64,000 bases of DNA from the human T2T-CHM13v2.0 reference genome, Homo sapiens. Every line of letters starts with the position of its first letter. The first letter of the stretch is position 1. Both the position numbers and the translations under genes were made by a program. A model generated the notes under the pieces. It made no database searches and was not told the origin of the DNA. It saw only the letters and a program-made list of their open reading frames with translations. The stretch lies in assembly GCF_009914755.1 (NCBI RefSeq), contig NC_060942.1; one strand, written 5' to 3'. Below are positions 27,240-40,845 of this stretch, in pieces.

Positions 27240-28200
27240 GCAATTTGGATGAAGTGGGGTGCAAATTCAGCCGAAGAAAGACTATGTCCTGTTGGGGGTT
27301 CAGGGAGGGCTCTTGGGGGAGTGGACAAGCTGTGCATTAGTGGCTATCAGGATGTGCAGATTCAGAGGTCTGGGTAGAAGGAGGGCTAGGTTAGGAAGGA
27401 TAAGTTCAGTATCATCAGGAAAGTGCGGGCAGATGTTGGCAAGAGCTCTAGACTTGTGATATTGGCATTCACTCCAGACGAAGGGGATGCCTGATGCCAC
27501 AGAGGTAAATGGAGGCCATTAGGAGAGGGGAAGTGGCTCAAGGGCTGTGGAGAATACCCAAATTCGTCAGGCAAGAGGGGAGAGGGTGCACAAAAGAGGA
27601 TAAGAAATGATCAGTTAGGAGCAAGGGGAGATGAGTGCATGTCACTGAAGCCCAGGGAAGAGGAATGGTCATGGGGTAGGGGGTGCCAAACTACGTGGAG
27701 TGAGCAGTGGAGGCTGGGGCATCAGATGGGAGCACTGGGAGCTCAGGAATCACTTGGAAACAGCTGCATTGGTGGAGTGGTGCCAACACAGAGGAAGAAA
27801 GACAAGAAGGGGAGAGAGGGTACACTTTGACTCTTGGTCCTGCGAGACACAAAGGCTGCAGTGATAAGGGGCCTCTGGACGCAGCAAGAGCAGGCAAAAT
27901 GAAACAAGTGCAGGCACAGGGGAAGGCCAGCCTGGAAGAGTGGGAGGCAGAAATGCGGAAGCATTGAGAGGCAGAGAAAAGAAGGCAAGTCAGTATCAGC
28001 ACGGCTTTTCTGCTCTGGAAAGCAGGCAGCAGAACTATTTGAAAAAGTGCAAGGCTAGGATTCTAGGCTGAATAAACTGTCCAAGATGCTGAGAAGTTAC
28101 TAGAAAGGCTGACAGGGAGGGGTTGGAGCATGTTCTCACCATGACTTGCAGCAGATCCCACAGAGGCTGGGTGCATCATTTATGATGGAACCAACTGCTT
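27240..28200 (-). mobile_element. L2 fragments
   Basis: Purine-rich degenerate L2 motifs ('gtcactgaagcccagggaagaggaatggtc', 'gggtgccaaactacgtggagtgagcag'). Confidence 0.55.
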
Positions 28201-29070
28201 GGTTCTCTTCAGCAGGTCACAGACCCGGGGCTGAGAGAAGGCAGCCCATGGTGTGGCCAACTGGGCCAGAGCCAGGTCGGTGAGACCAGGCCGGGGGCCC
28301 AAATGGGCTTAGCGGGATGAGGATCAAAGAATATTTGAAAACAATATAACATTGTTTCAGCCAAAATAACGGGGTGCGCTTCTATTTGTATTCCCGTGGC
28401 TTGGCTCATTTCTACGGTTGTTTGCCTTTTCAGAGGAAGCATGATTTCCCTTTGCAATTCTTCTTGGTGCTGGTTTGTATTCATCTGACTGTCTCTGCTA
28501 TCAATATGTGTTGATAATGTGCATTTTATAGGTCACTCAACAATGTATTTTGGTTCCTTTGGTCTCTAAGGTAGAATACCTAAATGTAATATGTTAACTA
28601 TGCAACTCAATTTTATTCCTATGGAAAACACGTTCAATATACATTTCCTTGCAATTTAATGTTCTTGGAGCATATTTGTGACCCAGCGTGCTTCTTTATG
28701 TTGACATATTGTTCATCGGGTTTCATTAGTCAGATGCTATGTCACATCACATATGGAACATGAGGAAAAGTGACATTAATGACAATCTGGTGACATTCAG
28801 TACTATGCGACACATCAGGTTAAAAATAAAACAGGCAAACAAAAAAGATCTTTCTTATTTCCAGTAAGGTCTTTTTTTTCTTTCTCTCTTTTCTTTCTTT
28901 CTTTTTTTTCTTACTCATGAAAGAACTGTGCTCCGTCTGGATCAGGAGTGAATTTTTACTGGCAAGATTCTGTAGGTAACTAGTGATGCAGATATCAGCC
29001 CGCCCACTGCATTTGTAGGTGAAAGGAAAGGAAGGGGAGGATTTCTGCTGAAGTGTTCATTGCCTCTTAA

Positions 29071-29382
<312 letters not shown>

Positions 29383-30834
29383 TAAGTCTTCAATTGTCCA
29401 AACTGTTCAGTTATAACACTACATCTGTGCACATCTGCTCGTGTGTCATTCAGCTTCGGCGGGGTGGGTCTAGAGAGAGGTGGTGGGTGCCTAGGAGCAG
29501 GTGCTGGCCAGACTGACAGAGAACTAGTTCACAGGCAAGTGTGGACTTCAGATGAAATCACTGGCAGACAAAACACAGGCTTTCTATAATTTATGGGCTG
29601 CAATCTCTAGCATCCAGTGAACAAAACTCACAAAGCATTGAGACCTCTGATAAGGCCACCCAATCACAGAAGTTGAAGGGCTAAGACCTAAAGGAAGAAG
29701 CCTTCTGGAATCTCCTCTCCACGAAAAAGAGGGCTTCAGCTCAGCCACAGAGGTCTCCAGCTCCTCCCCCTTCTCTCCTGGGGGCTCCCCCAGGAAGAAT
29801 TGCCCCATTGCCCCTGAATTCATCCACTCCCGTTCTAAGACATTCTGTGTGAACAGGATGACATGTGGCTAACTGGAGATGGGGAAGTGAGGGAAAAGAA
29901 TAGAGCATTACTTTCTGAATGGAGGTCAGCCTCTTAATTTTCAGGTTCTGTTTTTAAAAATGGAGAAATACATGGAGCTCTTCATTTAAAATGTAGGCAT
30001 ACTGTAATTTTCTACTTTTTAAATGCATGTGCCTCATTCTGATACTGTCTTTATATTCATCACAATATGTTTTGGTCAGCATTTAAACAACTGGCTGCCT
30101 GGATTTCTGGATGCCAGATTTAGAGAACTAGGTTGTTCATGCTGTCTTACTGCTTCTGCCAACCCCTGGATGCCACCGAGCAACACCTCATGACAAGACC
30201 CACATCTCCTGCTCCTGGTTCAGGGATGCATCACTCTACCTTGTTTCTTCTGTGTTCTCTTCAGAGAACATGATGTCCAAATATCTTGGATTTTTCTTAA
30301 TTGGCTGTGTGTGCCAGGGGAGGATTTATCGTACAAGTTTTGTTGTAAGCAACAATCTCTATTTTCCTCTTTTCTTGGAGATTTTTTGGAATGAAGAGGG
30401 GCAGAAACCAAGTGGTCACCAATCTCCAGAACTTCATGGACCTGGTGCACGTGCCAGGGGCTCTGTGGTTCCCTGCCAATGTTTTGGTTCCCTTTAAAAT
30501 TTCTACAATTATCGGTGGCAGTAATTTGGGTGGAGTTAGTTCAAAATCATGTTGTCTTCTTACATTTTGTTTGTTTGCTTACCATCTACTTCCTATTCAC
30601 AGCCCCTTTTATCTGTACCCCATATGACAAGATGAATACTATTGCTTTTTGGTGGGGGCATGGGGGGAATCAGGCAGAGGCAATATGTAATTCAATTGAT
30701 TATAAGAAGAGGAACTTTGTACTCAACACAAAAATCATGCTTGGAGGAATCATCTTGTCTAATTCTGTGTTTTCACTGTCATGTATCTGAATTCATGGAC
30801 TGCATTATCAGACATTCTTAAATGTCTTATCATG

Positions 30835-31296
30835 TGTGTGTTAGTGTCTTTGGGTGCTGTACCACATTACCACAAACTGGGTGGCTTCACGTGTCAGAAA
30901 GGCGTTCCCTCACAGATCTGGGGACCAGAGTTCTGAAGTCGCGGTATTATGGAGCCAGCCTTCCTGTGAAGCTGTAGCGGAGACGTCTTTGCCTCTTCCA
31001 GCTTCCGTGACAGTGTTTGCCATCAATCCTTGGCGTTTTGGGGGCTTGTGGCTGGGCCATTCCTGTCTTTGCTTTCGTTGTCACTTGGCATCCTCTCTGT
31101 GTGTCTCCACCTTCAAAAGCGGTCTTCTGATGAGGGCACTAGTTATGCTGGCGTGGGGGCCGTTCTCCTCCAGTGAGACCTCCTCTTACCGAATTCCCTC
31201 TGCAGAGATGCTGCTTCCAAATAAGATGCTGTTCTGAGGCCCTGGGGGTGGGACTTTAACATAGCTTTTTTGGGGAACACTGTTCAGCCCATGGCA
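30835..31296 (-). mobile_element. MLT1B/C-like MaLR solo LTR
   Basis: 'ttaccacaaactgggtggctt...tttgcctcttccagcttc...ttccaaataag...ggggaacactgttcagcccatggca'. Confidence 0.85.
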
Positions 31297-32509
31297 CTGG
31301 GAGCTCAGCTTATCAATCCCAGCAATGACGACCATCACCAGTGAACCCATGGGGGCCTGATACCACCTGCTTTGGTAGAGCTGGCTCTGCAATTGCCCCT
31401 GGCAGGGTCCTCTTCTTCTACAGTTCTTGATGGATTCCGTGGCCCACCAGTGCCAAGATCTTCTATTCCCCAAACAACTATAATCATTGAGTTCAGAAGC
31501 ATTTACTGAAAACCAAATAAGCACACAGTACATGATTTTACAGGACAGTTAGAGTAGATGTATGGACAATGAATTGCTCATTCCCCTTGCATGGGGGAAT
31601 CCTGTTTGGTTCACTGTTTCTTCGTTTTCCTTCTCTTTACACAAGTGCTGTGTTTTCCCAGTGGGAGCCTGCCCAGGTTCCCTGACCCTGTTCTCTCTGC
31701 CTGGTTCTCTGCTGCACTGACTACCAGCCTCACGTCCTCTCCTGTCTCCATGTGCTGCTGGCTGGAACAGGCCCCAGAGGAATTCTTCCCCTTGGGTGAA
31801 GAGCACCCTTCCCATCCCAACCGCTTCTTTCTCCTTCCCTTGTGATGCTCTCTCCCTCTCACAGATCTGTGCTTTTGTACTATAAGCAATGTCAAAACCA
31901 TCCATCTGCTGAACAGGGCCATGTTCTCAGCTCCTCTATTCCTCCGACGTTATTCATCTCTCCATACTGGGACCTCAGTGTTCTGTTCACCTAGGCTAGT
32001 TTTCCGCAGTGTTCACCGATAAAACTGGTCAAAACACAAAACAAAACAACTTTTGGAGAAATATAAACACGATTGTTTCTCTTGTTTATTCACCTTAAAT
32101 TGGCTCCATTGCACCTGCCTTGTAAGGTCAATAGGATGCCTGGAGTGGATCTTGTAGCTCTGTATGACAGGGGCTAGGTCCTTACAGGACTTCTTGTCCT
32201 TGGGGAGTGAGCTCCACCTGCTACATTGAGGACCCCAATCCTGGCATGCCATGCTGAGACACAGAGATGAGCTGCTGCAGTCACAGGAATGGTGGGTCTG
32301 GAGTTTGCTTGCTGTAAAAGAGGGCAGGAGGGACAGTGCTGACCACTGTCACACTCTGCAGAGGTGAGATAGGCTGACCAAGGCATCATGACCTCATCAG
32401 AGTACAGCCAACGTGACCAGCACGGACCACAATGAGGTCATGAGGGCCAATAAGTGAGAAGACCCAGTAAGGAGGAGTGCAGGGCCAGCGGCCCTCAGAT
32501 GATCAGAAA

Positions 32510-32810
32510 GGCCGATGTCACTGATCAGTAGCTCTGCACCAGGTTGGGATTAAAGAGCAGAGTTTTACTTATGGGACTGCCATGGGCTCAGTGGAGCCCC
32601 ATCATCTCTAATGAAGAAGAGTAAGAAGATTGGGATGGAAGGAGCTATCTGTTGGGTACAGTCTATAATTCTGGTATCACCATGTTGGGAACACATTCTA
32701 GGCTTTGGAGTGTTAGGGTTCTTTTTAAAGGTGATTAGACATACTGGCTGTCAGACACACTGGGAGGGCCATAAAACCAGCCTGTGAGGTATGGAGCCAG
32801 GGGCAGCATC
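32510..32810 (+). mobile_element. Highly degenerate L3/CR1 ORF2 fragment
   Basis: 'gactgccatgggctcagtggagcccc' and 'attctaggctttggagtg...ttttaaaggtgattagacatactgg' loosely echo the CR1 RT motifs PQGSVLGP and QFW..HFKKD..KLE. Confidence 0.4.
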
Positions 32811-33284
32811 CAAGCTCACCATGGGGACAGCTAGTGACAACCATGTCACTGTCCCTTGGCTTCAGCGATCTTGGGAGTGAAGGTAAACACCCCAGGAATA
32901 CCTATTATCTCTTAAAAACAGGACCTCCACACATGTGCTTGCAGCTGCCTCCCACCCGGCTCACTTGCTCTTCCAATTCATGGGACTCAGGCCACATGGC
33001 TGTACCTGGCTGCACAGACCTGGAGCTGTGAGTTTCTGCTTCTGCATGGGGAAGGTGGGGATCATGATGCAGGCTGTTGAGCACCAGGACAAGGAACGTG
33101 CTCCACAGCCCCCGCCCCCCAGGTGGGTGGCCATTTAACACTGCCAGTATCTGTCTCGGGTGGGTTTGAAGACTGAATTCTAGTTCATGTCTTTAAAGGT
33201 AGAGATAGAGGGAATGAGGTGTGAGTGGCCTCAGCACCTCCAGAGCTTGGCCTCTAACCCCATAACTCATACCACAGGATAGTG

Positions 33285-33420
33285 CAAGCAACCCCTGATT
33301 TACAACCGTTTTGGTTACCAGGATGTATTTGTGATTGAATTGTTTGGAACCTAAATTTGTTTTTTTATAGAAACCAAAATAAACATGGTGCTAGTTTCCT
33401 TAGCTGGCCCATGTGCTCAT
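33285..33420. mobile_element. Possible old TcMar-Tigger fragment
   Basis: 'cccctgatttacaacc...ttgtttggaacc...tatagaaacc...atggtgctagtttccttagctggccc' resembles recalled Tigger termini. Confidence 0.4.
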
Positions 33421-34367
33421 CTAACTTGCAAACTGATGAGACAGATCTATTAATGCTAACCAGATAATAAGATCCATCTAACTCTATCTCCCTATCTATC
33501 TAGCTATCTATCTTATACATAATACATAATTATGTTATTTTGATGTTGTATGCTACATTGTATTATTCTTTATTTATATGATGGTTAATCCCAGAGAGTA
33601 GCTCACGCTTCCACAGAAGACTCATTTCTCAGTGTAAGTGAGAAGACGGGGCTCTGTGCACACCCATGTCCTCTCCTGGACCCCCGAATTTTGAAGCTCC
33701 TCTGTGCTGAATTGCCACAGCTGTGCACCTAGGACCCACAGGCCTCTTGCCATAGACGTCTGTTTGCTAAGTGGAGTGAGCAAGAAGTGCCATGGTCATC
33801 AGAAGACAGGGATATCTGAATGGACAGGAACGCCCAGGGAGCTTCACAGATGGAGCTGTGCCTAGAAAGCTCAGGCCAGGGTTGTGATTCAACAGGCCAA
33901 GGGGGTGAGGAGGGGTGAGTGGAGTTGTGTGAGTGGCAGGGAAGCATGGTGCTGGCTCCGTGATGGGACCCATCTGCCTTGTTTATTGCTTCTCAAGCCC
34001 TGGCAGAGGGCCTAGAATTTAGGAAGTTTCAGTAGCTATCGTTGAATGAACAAATGGCGAGCAAAATCAGGTATTTTTTTTTCTTTTGGAATATTCTAAT
34101 TCTGAAGATTTGGGGATCATTTTATATGCATTCATGAAGTCAGTGGTAGACATAGTGTCCGCCAGCTTTCTTCCCGATTGTGCCATGTTAGCTATTTTGG
34201 CACCGATGGAGTCTTTCTTAGGAAGCAAAAATTGGGGGACAACTGAAAGTGTAAACTGAGAGTTCGAATCTACTTGGTGTTATTCAAACTTGAAACGTAA
34301 AACTAGTGAAAGGAAATAGACTCTAAGTATCAACCAATATATATAACTTAATATTTATAAACAATAC

Positions 34368-34495
34368 ATGTATGTCATCTATCTATCTAACCATCCATCT
34401 ATCTATCATCTATCTATCTATCCATCCATGTATCTATCTATCTACCTGTCTATCTACATCATCATCACCACCACCACTATCACCATCACCATCTC
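34368..34495. repeat. Compound microsatellite (TCTA/TCCA)n plus (CAT/CAC)n
   Basis: Seen directly in the sequence. Confidence 0.93.
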
Positions 34496-35145
34496 TCAGT
34501 CTGGTTTGTACACATGTCCTGAGAGCTGTCTGAAATGGTTGTTGCCTAACATTCGTAATGGTGACTTGTGGTTTTATAAGAGACATCCTTTGGATAGATG
34601 GATGGATATGGATGGTGGTAAGGAATTAGGCACTTATTTGTTTGTTATTTGAGTACAGTTACATGGCCTAGTTTTTATTTTCCACTTCGTACAGTTTTGA
34701 ATTTAAATATCAAATACTCAAAAGATATATTGGTACCTGCTCAGTGCCAGCCACTGTTGGTGCACTGTGGACACAGTGGTGAGCAGTGAAGATGGGCATC
34801 CTGTCCTTAAGCTTGCATTTTATATAACAAGTTGCAGAAAAAGTTTAAATTAGACCAAGTATGGAAGATTACTGGGCCAGTGTTCATTTAAGCAAAATAT
34901 TGTAAGTGTGAATTCACAGAGCACTTCCTAGTTTAGCTCCCCTCTAAGGATAAATTCAGATTCCATTTATTTTTAACTTAAACCGATTAGATCAAAACAA
35001 AAGCATAATATTGATGAAATGTGGTCCTGTATGCAAATGACATTTTGGAATGTATTCATGTGTCCAATGCGATCTGAGGTTCCACCATGTACAATCTGCA
35101 AGAGCTGCTTCAGTAGCCCAGGTCCATCCTGTTCTGGGTTCATCC

Positions 35146-35321
35146 CAGTGGTATGCTGTTAATTGTTTAACAGCCAACTCTCAAAAACAAAATGAAGCGC
35201 CCTCATCTATGTTGTTTGTCAATTATACCATAGCTCATTTCCAGCTACCAACGTGATGTCGCTGAACGTGGAATAGGGAAGGATGTACATAACTGCCCTG
35301 GTCTCATAGCAGCTTACACTG
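35146..35321. mobile_element. MER63A-like hAT-Blackjack MITE
   Basis: 'cagtggtatgctgttaattgtttaacagcc...tttccagctaccaacgtgatgtcgctgaacgtgg...cactg'. Confidence 0.8.
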
Positions 35322-35696
35322 AATGGAAGCGGCTATTTCATAACTATTCCATCATCCAGAAATTGTTTCTACACATAGAAATTATTCCAGCAGTTGTCCC
35401 TAAATCTCATGGCTTACAAAGGAATAAACAGAAGAACAATCTATTAAACTACTGAGGCTGTGGGGATGAGTTTGTAATTTCAATCACATGGTTAATATAG
35501 TGAAGGGATGCTTCTCATCTAGACCATATCAGAATGTGACTCAAGTGCTTGTCTTTACATAGTATTCAGTTAGTCAACGCTCAGATCTTATCTCTTCTTC
35601 CTTGAAGTATTTCTCCAGTGTGTGACTTCCTTTCCATTGCCCTGGTGTTAGCTTCCTCCAGATCTTCCCCTTTTGAGGCCTGTATCTCTTAAACTA

Positions 35697-36086
<390 letters not shown>

Positions 36087-36219
36087 TCATTAACTTCTTG
36101 CTCTTTACACAAGTTATCAGCAGCCTCTTACTCCCTTCAAGATAAAAGTCACCTCCGTAATCTGACATTTAATGTCTTCTGTTATCTGATCCCATCTTAC
36201 CCATAAAAATGAATAAGCT

Positions 36220-36512
36220 GGCTGGGCGCGGTGGTTCACGCCTGTAATCCCAGCACTTTGGGAGGCCGAGGCGGGCGGATCAGGAGGTCAGGAGATCAAG
36301 ACCATCCTCAATAACATGGTGAAAACCCGTCTCTACTAAAAATACAAAAAATTAGCCAGGCGTGGTGGTGGGCGCCTGTAGTCCCAGCTACTCGGGAGGC
36401 TGAGGCAGGAGAAGGGCATGAACCCAGGAGGCAGAGCTTGCCGTGAGCAGAGATTGCCCACTCCAGCCTGGGCAACAAAGCCAGACTCTGTCTCCAAAAA
36501 AAAAAAAAAAAA
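36220..36512 (+). mobile_element. AluY-like
   Basis: 'gagatcaagaccatcct', 'aaaaaattagcc', 'ggcatgaaccc', 'gagcttgc' Y-type positions; small right-arm deletion; TSD 'aaaatgaataagc'/'aaaacgaataagc'. Confidence 0.95.
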
Positions 36513-36589
36513 CGAATAAGCCATTATTTCTTCTCAAGAGCCTTTTAGTTCGGTCAGAGTGATGACCTATGTTCTTCAAGGACATCCTA

Positions 36590-37900
36590 TTTTTTAATTA
36601 GTAAAAATCTAAAATAATTTTATATTCACAGGAAGTTGAAAACATAATACAGAGAAGGTCTATGTATTTTTCACTCATTTTTCTCCAATGGTTACACTTA
36701 AACAACTATGGCACATTATCAAAACCAGTAAATTGACATTGGTACAATGTATATGCATAGTTTTATGCCATTTTGTCACATGTACAAATTCATGTAACCA
36801 TCACAGGGATGAAGATACAGAACTTTTCCATCATCACAAGTATGATGTGCAACCCTTATATAATCATATAATCAAATAATCAAATCCACCATCATCCCCA
36901 ACCATCACTGGCTTCTGTTAAATCAAGTTCAGCCTAAAGCTGCCTCCTTACATATTTTAAGTTCAGTCTAAAGGTTTCTCTGTAAAATGTGAACTGTAAC
37001 CTAAATGGAGTTGTTAACAGACTACAGTCTACTCTTGCACCGATCACTGAGTTTTAGCTAACCAAAAGTGGCCAACAATTCAAACTGTGTTCAAATAAGG
37101 TGAACGTTGAGCTGTAACCAGTTTGGCTGTTTCTGTACCCTACTTCCATTTTCTGTAGGTCACTTTCCTTTTTCTGTCCATAAATCTTCTTCCACCATGT
37201 GGCTATGTTGGAGTCTCAGAGCCTACTCTCACTCAGAGGCTGTCCGATTTGCAAATCGTTCTTTGCTCAAACGCTTTTAAATTTAATTCAGCTAAAGTTT
37301 TTCTTTTCACACATCTGACAACTGTGGATTGAGCCCCCATTCCAACTTTGGTCATTTTGAGAATGTGAGGTAAGTGGGGTCATCGTATGTGACTTTGATA
37401 TTGGCATTGTTTACTCAGCATAATGGCCTTGAGATCCACCCAAACAATTGCCTGTGTTACAAGCCCCCTCTTTTTTACTGGCGAGTAGTATTCCACAGCA
37501 TGGATGTGCCACAGTTTGCTTAATCATTCACCAGTTGAAGGACATCTGCTCTGTTTCCAGCTTTGGACTCTTATGACTGATGCTTCTATGTACAAGTTTT
37601 GTGGGAACATAAACTGGAAAAATGTCCGGAAATTCAACTATAGGATAGTAGGAAATGCTGCATTTAGTTGTGTAATAGACCACCAAACTGTTTTCCGGAG
37701 TGGCTGTACCATTTTGCATTCCCACTAGCAATGTCTAAGAGATCCTATTTCTCTTCCTCCTCACCAGTCTTTCGTGCTGTTACTATTTATTATTTTAGTT
37801 GTTCTAATAGGTGTGTAGTAATACCTTATTGTGGTTTCAGTGTGCATTCCTTAATGGCTAGTGATGTTGAACATCTTTTCACATGTTTATCTGCCATCCA
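36590..37900 (-). mobile_element. L1MC/MD-like 3' end, interrupted by MER57
   Basis: 'attcacaggaagttg...aaaaccagtaaattgacattggtaca', 'cattcaccagttgaaggacat', 'ggctgtaccattttgcattcccac'. Confidence 0.85.
36916..37311 (+). mobile_element. MER57 (ERV1) solo LTR
   Basis: 'tgttaaatcaagttcagcctaaagctgcctccttacatattttaagttc...tttttcttttcaca' about 395 bp, TG...CA; flanks cttc/catc. Confidence 0.88.
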
Positions 37901-38125
37901 GAAAAAACATCTTATTTTTGTCTCCAATAGTTTATTTGTGGTGTACTTTCTGCAAACAATAATGTTTCTCTTCTTCATCCATCCGAATTGTATTCATTTT
38001 CTCTGACCCAACTCAAATCCCATCTCTTCCTCAAATTTCAGCTCTATTGCGCTCGATCTACTCTGAACCCGCATAGTAACAGTTGTCATGAAGTGGCTTG
38101 TATTTTTACTGAACCATCTCCTATT

Positions 38126-38632
38126 TGTAAAGGACACTGTTAATGGTCCTCCTGGATCCCCTGGATCCCTCTGCTGGGCTCCCATTCCCTGGCTTCCCTG
38201 TGAGTAGAAGAACTTCCACTCTGCTTTGAAAGTGCCCAGTGGCCGATACTTAACTTCTATTTGAAAGATTGTCCTCAGGCTGCTGGAGCTGTCTCCACAC
38301 ATGCAGAGACCTGGAGACCCCAGGATTTTATATTCACCTGGAGGAGCTTGCAGCCAATGGCTGAGGCATGTGGGAGTTTGAACACTCAGCTTCCTCGCCC
38401 CGGGTTGAAGAAATTCGAAGACATAATTTGCACTCCAGAACTACCCTGCAGCATTGGGCTTGGGCTGCCCTCCTGTCTTAGTCTAAACTTATATCCTTGC
38501 CTGGCTCCTTCTCTTTCTTCTTCTGCTCACTCTCATTCCCTTGCCACTTTCTCCTGGGAGGATTTTCTTAATAAATCCCTTACATACAAATTTTCATCTC
38601 AGGTTCAGTTTAGGGGAACTCAAACAAAGATA
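38126..38632 (+). mobile_element. 5' LTR (LTR16-type, ERVL)
   Basis: 'tgtaaaggacactg...cagccaatggctga...cactccagaactaccctg...ttcttaataaatcc...tctcaggttcagtttaggggaac', followed by PBS-like 'gttggtactgggaatagtg'. Confidence 0.85.
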
Positions 38633-40017
38633 GTTGGTACTGGGAATAGTGCTTGGAAACCGACTTTGAGGATGGGATTCTAGAGTTAGATCACTCACAG
38701 GCCAGATGGTAGCAGGTCCTTTTCACTGGTGGTAAGTGGAGTATTGATCATCTCTGGTATATGGTAGGTAGTGTGCCGTTGCAATTCTTAGGAGTTTCAT
38801 GAGTGATGGGTTTAGACGAGATATAGATTAAGAGGCTGCATTGACTTTTGTGATATCTCTGTTATTTGAGAGAGATGGGGGAAATGGTCACTTTAAGGAT
38901 GGGGAATTAGTTGTGGCTGAGTAATACTAACAGATTGCAGAGAGGTCAGCCAAATACAAAGTTAAGGCAGTGAGAGAAAGCTACAAGGTCTCTTTGGCTG
39001 CCAAAGAGAAGACTATCCTAATCTCTAAGACCAGGACCCTAAAGAGAACCAGAACCTCAAAATTGTCTGAATTTTCACCCTTCAGTCTACACCAGTGTTA
39101 GAGAAGGAAGGGAACCCTAAAACTTGGGGTGAAGATACATGCATTCTAGAACACTGGGCCCCTGTATCCCCAGAACTTTCTGTGCCTGCAGAACACTCAC
39201 TTCTTTCTTTCTTGCAACCCTCTTTGCCTGAAGACTATCTAGGTCTCAGTTGAGGCATATGGCTTGCAGAAATATGCTTGCCCAACCCAAGATCTGCCTT
39301 AACGTTCCCCCATGACCATGAGAGCAACATCTAGTGTCAAAATTGTCTAATGACATGACTGGGGAAGTAGTATCCGGCTAAGGGGGAGAAGAGATTATTC
39401 ATTTGAAGAGTTGCAGGACTGGCTAAAATATACTGTGAGAAAGTGGTAGTACGTGATTGAAATGGACCTCGACGGATCTGCGTGCATGAGTGGGTGTGTG
39501 CGTGGAGGGGACGGATATCAAACTGTATATCGTATAAGGCAGCCTTTGTTGATAGGAATCCTTAACTCAGCAACACCCTGGAAAGGACTCCTAGGCCAGT
39601 CCTATTGTGCTTGTGGGTTGACTCTAGAAAGTTTAGGAAAAAATGACAGCCTATAATAAGTGGGCTGCCAGAACTGCCTTGGCAGGATGTTGAGGAAAGG
39701 ATCAAAAGAGTCTTAGAAATGAGCATGCTGCAATGAATCATTGTAAAACCTGAGAACCCTCCAGCCACCGCTGCTTCTTGGGAAGGCACAGAGGACATTC
39801 CTTCCACTGAGGAGGTAAGGAATGCACCAGTAGAGAGTGTCGGAACAACTGAGAAACTCTAGCAGGGCTGAGGAGAGGGGTTGCTATAAAATAATCGGGC
39901 CTCCTAGTATTATAGAGTTCATAGGATTGCAGAACACAGTGGCCAGGAGGCAGCATGTGCCCATCAGAGTCAAGGTGGCCATGATTACCATAACAGACAG
40001 CAGGAGCAGAAGCCACC

Positions 40018-40164
40018 ATAGAACCTACCTTCAGTTATCTATGAAAATGGATAATAGACCACCCTCAGTTATCTACGAGGATAGATAATAGATCACCCTC
40101 AGTTATCTATGAGGATGGATAATAGACCACCCTCAGTTATCTATGAGGATAGATAAGAGACCAC
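40018..40164. repeat. Minisatellite, 34-bp unit x about 4.3
   Basis: 'tcagttatct' recurs at 40031, 40065, 40099 and 40133; unit 'atagaccaccctcagttatctatgaggat(g/a)gata'. Confidence 0.97.
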
Positions 40165-40845
40165 AGGGTTCCTACAGGCAAGACATGTGTGCAGCTGACA
40201 AGAGTATCACTTTACACAATCAAGAAATCAAGAGTGGATGAGCGGTAAGCTAATGCTAGTGACTCCATTGTAAGACAGGATCCCTCATCCAGTTTCCAAG
40301 TCTGAGCCAGTTCTCAGACCCAGAGCTTTTGGATGGAAGGAGAAACAGGGTAGCCTTGAAAAAGAACCCTGATCTCTGCCAGGTATGCAGTAGCAATTCC
40401 TGATGTTCTTCTCCAAGGGGACTTTCAGACACTGGTCTGAGTAACACACCACTTAGAAAAAAAACACTGCCACGTTTTTCAAGGCCTAATCAACAAGAGG
40501 TCTTATGGGATGGTGGCTCCAGGGAACCCAAAGTAACATCACAGCCACCTTTTGGAGGGAGTCAGGTGATATATGAAGTCCTGACTCAGAACTGTCATAC
40601 GAATGGATCCAAGAATCGTCATTTTTCTGGTTCCCAAATGCATAAGTAAGATGGACATTGTTAGCAGGCTGCAGTACCCTCACTAGTTTCTTGATCTGAA
40701 GAGTAAGGGGTACCATGATTGGAAAGGCTAAACAGAAACCCCTTCACTCTCCTTGGCCCCAGCCAAGATAGCGTGGGAGAAAACTGACCTCAGCCTGGGT
40801 GGAATGGCTAAGTATTGCCCGTCTCAAAGACTTAACTGATGCAAT

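Noticed and set aside
38261-38683. 140-aa ORF
   Set aside because: Lies almost wholly within an LTR, with a non-ATG start.
40018-40164. CRISPR-like 34-bp repeats
   Set aside because: Units are directly adjacent with no unique spacers, in a primate context with no cas genes.
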